In this document: positions 39,801 to 44,870 of the stretch, piece by piece
Position numbering within the stretch: position 1 is the first letter of the stretch
Layout of the letters: each line of letters begins with the position of its first letter
Virus record (IMG/VR): IMGVR_UViG_3300036982_000460
Coordinates: 1-44,870 of that record
From: a virus
Taxonomy: Duplodnaviria > Caudoviricetes
DNA: 44,870 nucleotides
Direction: 5' to 3' (one strand)
Notes under the pieces: model-generated
Seen by the model: the letters and a program-made list of their open reading frames with translations, nothing else
Database searches by the model: none
Told to the model about the DNA's origin: nothing
Program-made: the position numbers and the translations under genes

Positions 39801-42800
39801 ACTTGGATACACAGGTGATTACAATCCTAAGTTCTCTGCGGTTTTGTATGATTTGAACCGAAAGATTGATACGGTAACTCGATCAATATCTAATTACCAT
39901 TCGTATCAAGATCAACTTAAATTTGAAAAGCAATTGTTAACTGGTACGCCAGAAGATTTTAGGACTGATCAACGACAAGGGATTGATGCAGCAGAGCGAT
40001 TAGCTGCGTATTGGTCTGATCAAGGAAAAGACGTACGAGCTGCTGGTGTTGATATGTATGCTGGTATGGCAGTTGGGCGATCTAGTTTTGAAAATGAACT
40101 ATTAGGATTAATGAGAGCACAGCGTTTAATTGATCGTGATGGTGCTTATACTGAAGAAGGCGCAATGTTTATAGATGATTTTAATCTATACGCAGTAAAT
40201 CCTCTTTCAAAATATATTGACAGTCAACGTTTATTTAGAAATGCATTAAGTGGATTCCGATTTGGTGAGATAAATGCTGATGGGTCTGGATTTGAATTGC
40301 GTCCGGGCATGGGTCAGTATGAAGCAATGCGTTCATTTCATCAGAATCTTTCAGACGCTATACGCAGTAAAGCATCATCGGAAAATGTACCACTAGAATC
40401 TGTAAGTGATTACATCGATCAAGCAACTGAATCGTTTTATACAGAAATCTACAATGCAATAAACCCACGTCCTGTTACACGTGGTGAAGTTCGTTCTAAT
40501 AAGATTGCTTTGCAAGACAGAATTTCCGACATCATGGCAACGTTTAATAGTGGTTTGCCAGATGAATTACAACTGACGTCTGATTCTATTAGTAATGGTG
40601 AGATTGTAGACGTTGTTCCTATTTTGCAATCTGTGTTGCAAAGTAAAGGAATTGGAACATCTGACGCATTCGTAGGTATGAATGTAATATCTGAATTAAT
40701 TAAAGGTATTGATTTAAATCAAACTTTAACTATGTCTCCAGACACCTACCAAACAAATAGTGCTGGGTATGTTTTAAACCGAGTTACAGATGTTATTTTT
40801 GGTAGAGATAACCTTGTTGGTAAATGGGAGTTCATGCAACGCCTTGCAAGCCCAGACTCTGAACAGCGCAGTAAGGCAATGCAGGTAGCTATTGCAACAA
40901 GTCATATTCTTGATTTGCAAGAACGTCAAATTAACACAGCGCGTTACAAGTGGAATCAATATTCATTACCTAAATCTGCATTCGTAGATGGTGGTAAGGT
41001 CCGTATTACAGATTCTTCTGGACGTACGATGTTAGTGGACTTTAATAAAAATACTGTACAAAACATTGGTATTGATTTTCTCCGTCCCGGAAAAATCTTT
41101 AAAGCTGATGTTCACAGCAGTAGATATCCATTATTCAATCCTGATGCTGACATTAATTTTATGGCTATGCCAAAAGAAAAGGATGCTGATGGTAATCCAA
41201 TTTCTATGGCAATTAAATTTGAAGATAGTTTAGTAAAATCCATGTCAGAGATTGAGAAAGAACAATATCAAATTAGCAAAGACGGCATTGTCATCATGCG
41301 TGATTACGATGTCACTGATCCAAATTCATCACCGGGTATTTATTTATATCGAGTCAATAAAATCTCACCTAAGCAAGCGGCTAAGACAGGTGTACATTTT
41401 TCTGTTGACCGATTAAGCAATCCATTTACTGGTTATCATATTAGTGGTGATGGACCAAATGATTTGACGTATGTAAATAATCAACGTGTTATGAAACAGA
41501 GTCCATCTAAGTTGATGTTCTTGGCAATGCAACGATACTTTGACAACGCAACATCTGATAACTATGATGCCATTGAGCGTATTCGCAAGACATCTATTAT
41601 TCAACCAGAAATATATATTGCTAAGTTATTAGTTGCTCGTGCTCAGCGTGAAGCAGCAGACAGTATTCCTGATGCTTGGAAGACTAGCATGCGTGACAAC
41701 TTTAAAGTGAAGCGAGCGACTGCTAATGCTGGTGATGAAACATATGATGTTCTTCAATCAGTTTCAATTAACAACCGACGTACTGGTACGTGGCTTTCGT
41801 CAGGTGATTTACAGTATGAAGGCGGAAAACCATTTACGGCGTATGAAAATGATTTATTACGTAACTTACCAGAACTTCCACCTCAAGCAGACAACAATCA
41901 AGAACTTATAGATACATGGCGTAAACAACGATATGAACTTATTGAAGAACGTTTAGAGGATCCGGGCAGCCCTAAAAATATAATCTTCAAACGTCATAGC
42001 GATAATGATCAAGTTGGTATTGCCGTTGACGGTTCTGATATTCACATTACGATACCTAGCGCAAGGTTTAAAGAAACTATTAATGTGATGTTTAGTTCAA
42101 GCCCAACAACTGTTGCATCAATAGAAAACATACCTGATGGAGGTGGAGCATCAATGCCATTGAACTCAATGCCTCCTGACTATCCTATTATGAGAGCCAT
42201 TTTCGGTCTATGGACTGAATTAAGTGGGCTTGAAACCGCTAAGCGATTGAGTCGTGACTTTGCAAGACCAATGATTCAGAACTATGCACTTACAGCACTA
42301 AATCCTAAAAATAAATTGATGCAATTTTATGGGTTATTAGGAATGGCTCCAAACTTATGGTTGCCTCATGGAAATAATCGATACAGCAATATAGTGCAAA
42401 AGTTATTTGGCCATCAAAAAGAACGTGCATATGGTGATCAGATGTATCACAAGATTATACAAGGCATGTTCCGTAAATATGGTACCAAGGGTAGTGTTAC
42501 GGGATATGGTCTTCCGTTCATACACAGAGCTACTGTTACAGGTTTTTATGATCGTGAATCAGAAACAAGGCGATCATATACAATCGCTGACTTGAACGAA
42601 TTAGGATTATCTACTACATACGGTGAATGGTATGAAGCAGCTACTGCGGCTCAAGCCATGAATCCAATGCTTTCGTTGGAAGACACACCTATTCAGTTGA
42701 CTGGTGCTGAGAATTTAGGTGGAGGAGTTATAGCACAGCGTGTTATTCCCTTTGTTGGACAAATGGAACGCGGTGGTGTTTTATCTACAGACCTTTTACG

Positions 42801-44325
42801 TATTAAACAATTCCTAGAAATTGCGCGTGTAGTTGATCTTAGGATTTTTGACCATTTATCTGAAGACGCATGGGGCAGTAAGTCGGCTTATTATGAAGCT
42901 GAGCAACACAAGCGTAAATTTGCAAGAATCATTAACACTATTTCTGGTAGTCCGGTGGGAGAGGATCCTGATGTACATCAGACTGCACGTGAATTAGGAT
43001 ATGCATTAGGATCAATTTACACTGCACCTAACTGGGGTAAATCTTTAAAAGCTTTTACATACGTTCCAATGATGATGGAGTTAGGTGTTGCACACGGTAT
43101 TAACTTCTTGCTACGTCCTATTTGGAGAAAAGTTTTTGATGGAGCTGAGTACAACACGATTAATGTTGGCGCGTATCATAACTATTTGAATGCAATTAGT
43201 ACATTTACTACTGCTGGCAAAAGAACGTTAAAAACTCCGGGCACTTTTGATCTTTTTAGAAAAGCCGCAACAATTGGTGAGGCAGCATTGTTATGGACAA
43301 TGTGGGCGTCATTGCAGACAAATATTCAAGAACGTGCACTTCTTGCATCACAGGGTAAACCAACTGCTTGGTATGAACTAGGCAGGATGAATGAATTAAT
43401 GACTGACATGAACGCAGGGTTTGAAGATCAACAGATGTTAGATTTTAAAAAACCGGGCAAATTTGGAAAAGTCATTACTCTTGGCAACATGCAAATTCAA
43501 GCTCCGCCAATTGTCATGGGTTTACACAGGTTTGTTCTTGCGCCTTATGCTTATATGCAACAAAGGGTAAGAGATGGCGAGTCTCCGATTAAAGCATTTG
43601 CAGAAACAATGTTGCGAACTGAAATTACCAGTCGTGTTAACGCTATGTATACCAGTACATATAATCAACTTACTGGTCGATCATTTAATAACGCAGCATT
43701 ATTTCAACAGCATCCCGGATTCTATAGGTTTTTACAAAACCCTGAGTACTACAAAAAACGTGCTGGGATTTATGCTCTTGATCTATATCGTTTGCAAAAA
43801 ATGTATCCACGTGGAGCAAGCAGGCTTGCTATTGATCAAGAAATCCTACCTGTTCAAAAGTTGATGCAGGATTTAGAGTTAATGGAATTACAACCAAATG
43901 CTGAATATAATCATGGGCTTGCAATGGGTGCACGTTTATTTGGTGTAGAAAATAATTACGCTAATGTTTTTCTACAAAATGAATTGCCAGCAATGAAAAC
44001 TGACAATATGACTATTGGTCAGATTTTAAACGAAAAGAAAAATCAAGAATATGATTACCCTAATGCGTTTGACATGATCAGTCAGTTTGGATTGTGGAGT
44101 TTATTTGAAGGGATACCGGGCAGTGGCGACATTGGCACTCCGGGTTGGGGAAGTAAACAACCTACTCGTGGTCTTTCATTACCGACTCAAGCAGTTGTAG
44201 ATGTTTCTAAGTTGAGGTCAGAGAGAATGGCAGAATCACTTAAACAAAAAGAAGGTAAGGTCACACTCAAGCAGTTGACTGGCGAACAGATTACTGACAT
44301 GTATAAACGAGGTGAACAAAAATGA
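30868..44325 (+). CDS. Giant putative ejection/large polyvalent-type protein (4485 aa) with a zincin HExxH motif
   Basis: Gly/Ala-rich helical N-terminal region, TLFHEMTHGL (38557-38571) with downstream HELFA (38854), and a hydrophobic helical C-terminal region. Last gene of the ejection cluster. Confidence 0.75.
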   Translation: MNKPKQPQTYAPGYAKQQQIIAAEKAKAKAQRRKPGERSYFEQAVDYGEKAPPSKEEKEFFSTQKTFRENILKPATRNLQNGNWKQNGINSDIENEIDRAQKAGYITLEEKRKYTSLASEKLIEARRSKWVTGTAITSGTKHVTGRNFDPDKNNIQNLKIDKGKQYKRSLLAEQARLALPLQEAGAMASAGAGTIAGIGLGAAKTVANIGRLATDSESLNDLYNYLDNGEKKYQQGVADGANENLFLESMYGSSGEIEKVATSPAVVGGELGRRTIGRGVGMLTGLNEKQQDTAYANLGIGDWYAERTGDPDNLLRQASALSGGVIASTVPGFGLDLVTMKMAGTAFAAATRPVVKTMIQSQMARTAGSMAPMAVGAVATAGIPGQVTRAFGGSAQQGERANQVTQFAGRPLAAAVEAIPVELQTTDGGVIDARLMQEERAARVDPGGVSQTAATVGLFGSGIGSFYKDARQLFKVNRLLAKANATQYQGRFLNAGDRLLREKTELIGSVGPDAAFGLNNAFEPIAQTYRSITDQSKTATGEKMYNPPTLSDIGRAALLTFTAVRPHGKLGSFITPALRGKVLGQGSDIKTEAMFVARDWVESGGWRSDAVQQRFKALTGKDAHTDDVKRVVSASYELIANEARQAVARGEVLPTHAAEIFFNKLINGRAREDMASQQQFNDLVKSMRVKGDNAPLSDGNPLLTQRINENIFIVDPKAKARAISELTPQVEKQMLAGMKAQQEASQPKPTTTPPVVGETTSRSQVAPRSEQQKFFGVRIEDTEDGVPQYMVFNPHKGPNGYTFRSSEIVRGDEDVSDLIMLDQATVNRNSAYYTAEQLTKAVATRFDLFNPFNSKNKWSTEGKTKTISGFHPDGTIIVKSRTNDGNVRVERMGSLDLVKELSVNNIRLLDKLRPVLNILNTRSKSEAGTEMLDYADASDFPDKVPYTSEDGAVKFVNGRLIRTSGGVSPMGIYQLADGTVYMQPLTGDASSATVKPPLGARELEQSPDTLNAQTIKDAQTAVASRIGYIRMDIHDIGMPTRVPVSFDVLDLIESVLEGNGSLSEKAQTVRGIIGEDYALSVAGTRMGMRMDADTNDLVHDVDVQVGDLVSGAFTTESDLESAIVIKSANNLVTVRLLSDPTGDAYTVPVDQVIVDVQQNKNEMLARLNNFRPSDDVPYHRPWTRTLTDEEEFNTFMALKASKNQRTRIENASPEELPDILLDVMRSGNAFSGDVKLGLISWAASNQNVEAVLDAVVGVFDDAVKPGTAIYNYLVRVSDLYGDHGFVEQLYYLDGLMSLGKSGALLSAHSIQSKSTAHAIARRMNILAYRSNSLRTPEALYTQAVKSLNIIDSDSTKRDALNYAYLLRGIAPHAAYHAENMWQMKTLSGASPEMQVFLGRAIAVTNESTARSDIESAGFSPVLTRFWTSERMYVESLKSIQQKISKSDDPLSVKEALSELGLEFLWYAATEQRSKNLVKSLNTDAEKYKEWQRKLNTYVTNTAIPTIILRAIESDITSGDFMGYVDENTVHQTNQVSFIQVIAKFGEDIARSVAQSEVLDETAKADLLTALNDLRGQIQDISPEMLSRIASYRPSNITGNAEYTLTSDGSANNISLIDYQQTVDRAVQTVIDQALTSSEADQIGRDLKTRESDVSVYSELPVMLDGLLDTYDVNELTRRSAYEKLQSNFAVTQLATALGHFKFDTVEDLQTHIARWDDYYGVNQLRSELKSAIRSSNTAEINRLKGELNDAKVQSFASAFKSFDRVLNVVGDLIDRYEGVLGIDAAPLELVYNPLRIAYEEMRGDYYDEGRNVVTSTSGTVDFTSSGGVNRVISNPTDADGTGEATTSDTQLSDLDPKELKEYEKKIKSEKEAALKKAINEGQSQQYQDGLATYYNNLLTRISGDTLATKSTALNTYAVFIKVLREFNDYVGPNLVDVIDLSNGDNLADKLTILSSMSADMLGLISKDIFVGPRLITQIKNGVLDEVARQYDRQRSISDDVVAMRNASAPIEITENIEDGVITLSGLTMKALNGRAATSELLRSIDDLNHDTLSNDPALNDADLMFNLDAADADIRTLLDPEPVIDVQSLESQLIDDEAFDGMVTSTIPKSERVKLYALHARNFAGMRTLIESLLLRQFDFESTDQSLLDLGESVNTQRSYMSTGSVSPERSGKLGEQVFNLNPFLIRTAQTTWKTRLTESTAKLIKDLNLSGRDKKVFDAIIPELVTILDNADAYSDVNTMIADISNTVARIVDKARIDTGLRQQIIAAYSDTSVLDTFNHKDIYGTTYSHGEGYLDIPFQIGSAIDALSGNINTEFYVSYLHPRTSPSILSEPTVDGLAQLSSATAEQLYKLYNKLDMTKYNQSTKETIDRIKNTYLQRSQYVEQARKVERDMSFVRAAKDLSTGLARAYDNFAYGYGKQQYAMLITSSLPEHRAIMVDAMVKVGVNTRVVDYFKRTSGSFESVVNDIASNKQISRGEAARELLSNEEQTAIATYLIAKGRVNYYLHAGKLMMTSSDLMASSQSQMITAKNGKLIHGAFLATQRLMMLSSDANGPRTADTLFHEMTHGLFTALDDNSQVRFLKSLVPDFSDVADETVKSNPLYPVVLQLKAIDLYAENNPGRTGIRLQEMWRDPSVVEFWQKQGMSENRISVMQNDWYNSGHELFATALQNFMADFSEPTSLNASSAMDADAAAIFQQVAGPIRSMWHQLSRANQPDIVLRNGKPYRSWASNVPVSTYKTGNRREISYPQVRQGDYFRQLVPNETRLITSQHDIFGLPDLLSMWSGTGLSTSSNTHKFGYQSNATFKIDGKVVTHKVTAPIDSEKALSDITSRLAEGRNVAYYVNPLGGDKTQLSENRSAWGQRFNGRIVDQLVFKTAGTDTQQTVFAYQIGGRTFSFSSMVDNDGVHDSGFFKTRMEKDIGYTTVPDVDSYFVIESPVELTVYEPNVKGTSRSYYTNARWIVSSKAMTDSTYTPQLLGYTGDYNPKFSAVLYDLNRKIDTVTRSISNYHSYQDQLKFEKQLLTGTPEDFRTDQRQGIDAAERLAAYWSDQGKDVRAAGVDMYAGMAVGRSSFENELLGLMRAQRLIDRDGAYTEEGAMFIDDFNLYAVNPLSKYIDSQRLFRNALSGFRFGEINADGSGFELRPGMGQYEAMRSFHQNLSDAIRSKASSENVPLESVSDYIDQATESFYTEIYNAINPRPVTRGEVRSNKIALQDRISDIMATFNSGLPDELQLTSDSISNGEIVDVVPILQSVLQSKGIGTSDAFVGMNVISELIKGIDLNQTLTMSPDTYQTNSAGYVLNRVTDVIFGRDNLVGKWEFMQRLASPDSEQRSKAMQVAIATSHILDLQERQINTARYKWNQYSLPKSAFVDGGKVRITDSSGRTMLVDFNKNTVQNIGIDFLRPGKIFKADVHSSRYPLFNPDADINFMAMPKEKDADGNPISMAIKFEDSLVKSMSEIEKEQYQISKDGIVIMRDYDVTDPNSSPGIYLYRVNKISPKQAAKTGVHFSVDRLSNPFTGYHISGDGPNDLTYVNNQRVMKQSPSKLMFLAMQRYFDNATSDNYDAIERIRKTSIIQPEIYIAKLLVARAQREAADSIPDAWKTSMRDNFKVKRATANAGDETYDVLQSVSINNRRTGTWLSSGDLQYEGGKPFTAYENDLLRNLPELPPQADNNQELIDTWRKQRYELIEERLEDPGSPKNIIFKRHSDNDQVGIAVDGSDIHITIPSARFKETINVMFSSSPTTVASIENIPDGGGASMPLNSMPPDYPIMRAIFGLWTELSGLETAKRLSRDFARPMIQNYALTALNPKNKLMQFYGLLGMAPNLWLPHGNNRYSNIVQKLFGHQKERAYGDQMYHKIIQGMFRKYGTKGSVTGYGLPFIHRATVTGFYDRESETRRSYTIADLNELGLSTTYGEWYEAATAAQAMNPMLSLEDTPIQLTGAENLGGGVIAQRVIPFVGQMERGGVLSTDLLRIKQFLEIARVVDLRIFDHLSEDAWGSKSAYYEAEQHKRKFARIINTISGSPVGEDPDVHQTARELGYALGSIYTAPNWGKSLKAFTYVPMMMELGVAHGINFLLRPIWRKVFDGAEYNTINVGAYHNYLNAISTFTTAGKRTLKTPGTFDLFRKAATIGEAALLWTMWASLQTNIQERALLASQGKPTAWYELGRMNELMTDMNAGFEDQQMLDFKKPGKFGKVITLGNMQIQAPPIVMGLHRFVLAPYAYMQQRVRDGESPIKAFAETMLRTEITSRVNAMYTSTYNQLTGRSFNNAALFQQHPGFYRFLQNPEYYKKRAGIYALDLYRLQKMYPRGASRLAIDQEILPVQKLMQDLELMELQPNAEYNHGLAMGARLFGVENNYANVFLQNELPAMKTDNMTIGQILNEKKNQEYDYPNAFDMISQFGLWSLFEGIPGSGDIGTPGWGSKQPTRGLSLPTQAVVDVSKLRSERMAESLKQKEGKVTLKQLTGEQITDMYKRGEQK

Positions 44326-44870
44326 CACACATTGAATCATTTGTTTCTATAGCGAAAAAATATATTGGAGTAACAGAACAACCAATTGGAAGTAACTGTG
44401 GCCCAATGATTGATCGATGGAACATGTCAGTAAATGCACCGTTAGGGAGCTATTGGTGTGCATCTTTTGTAAGTGGTGTTGCATTAGAGTGGGAATATCA
44501 ATCTGGAATTGATTGGCCATTATGCTTTAGCGCAGACTGCGATGTCTGGTTAGCTGTTGCTAAAAAGCATGGCGTATTGCATGTATCGCCAATGGTTGGT
44601 GATTTAGTCATCTTAATTAAAACATTAAATAATGGACGTCAAGATGCATATCACATAGGAATTGTTGAAGGACAGGATGAAAATGGTGTTTGGAAATCCA
44701 TTGAGGGAAATAGCAATAACGATGGTAGTCGCAATGGATATGAAGTAGCCAACCGTCCATTGTATGGAAATCGCAATAAAAACAGTGTGCGTTTTATACG
44801 ACCTTTATCAATGATTCAAATTGGACAGGATTGGAAGATTGTATATGGAGACAACCACATTGTTGCCTTA
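44322..44870 (+). CDS. CHAP-domain peptidoglycan hydrolase, probable endolysin (partial; not in ORF track)
   Basis: ATGA overlap with the giant gene. Reads MTHIESFVSIAKKYIGVTE..GSNCGP..YWCASFV..GDLVI..HIGIVE..SIEGNS, with the CHAP Cys/His motifs. Runs off the window end. Confidence 0.9.
   Translation, partial: MTHIESFVSIAKKYIGVTEQPIGSNCGPMIDRWNMSVNAPLGSYWCASFVSGVALEWEYQSGIDWPLCFSADCDVWLAVAKKHGVLHVSPMVGDLVILIKTLNNGRQDAYHIGIVEGQDENGVWKSIEGNSNNDGSRNGYEVANRPLYGNRNKNSVRFIRPLSMIQIGQDWKIVYGDNHIVAL

Larger units (their letters stand above)
1..44870 (+). mobile_element. Tailed dsDNA bacteriophage (Caudoviricetes), late/virion morphogenesis region with podovirus-like organisation
   Basis: Dense co-directional genes with ATGA/TAATG overlaps. 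Order is TerS-TerL-portal-scaffold-MCP-adaptors-nozzle-ejection proteins-lysin. No tape measure, sheath or tube gene recognised. No integrase, att site or host genes seen, so free phage versus prophage cannot be decided. Confidence 0.95.

Noticed and set aside
720-43864. Minus-strand and nested alternative-frame ORFs in the track (e.g. 1400..1972, 22962..23534, 31056..31538, 9569..9823)
   Set aside because: They are shadows of long plus-strand genes or repeats with no recognisable motifs, and the plus strand is already fully tiled.
30868-44325. Giant protein as an N4-like or crAss-like virion RNA polymerase
   Set aside because: No DxDGD/DFDID or convincing T7-type motifs. DADGT, DADGN and DGSANN occur in unconvincing contexts. 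A very divergent enzyme cannot be excluded without a structure search.

Overview
The window is one co-directional (+ strand) late region of a tailed dsDNA phage with podovirus-like gene content. It runs: 3' end of ssb, terminator and -10 box, a block of orphan genes, TerS, TerL, portal, scaffold, BPP-1-like major capsid and cement proteins, two adaptor paralogues, holin-like genes, a duplicated cassette of putative receptor-binding/fibre genes, tail nozzle, three putative ejection proteins (the last 4485 aa with a zincin motif) and the start of a CHAP lysin. The most striking feature lies upstream of the terminase. Three otherwise unrelated proteins (127, 140 and 1430 aa) end in the same 21-residue C-terminal tag (..[KR][ST]h[GS]xL..hG..I..QGKR-stop). 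An unannotated 21-codon micro-gene (461..526) encodes this tag alone. A fifth gene carries an in-register internal copy, and the scaffold protein's own C-terminus matches the first half of the tag. My inference is an undescribed C-terminal capsid-loading (scaffold-mimic) peptide system. Also seen: near-complete avoidance of CCWGG, a circularly permuted domain in the cement protein, and a missed membrane micro-ORF between TerL and portal. All family assignments come from motif recognition and gene order; no searches were run.
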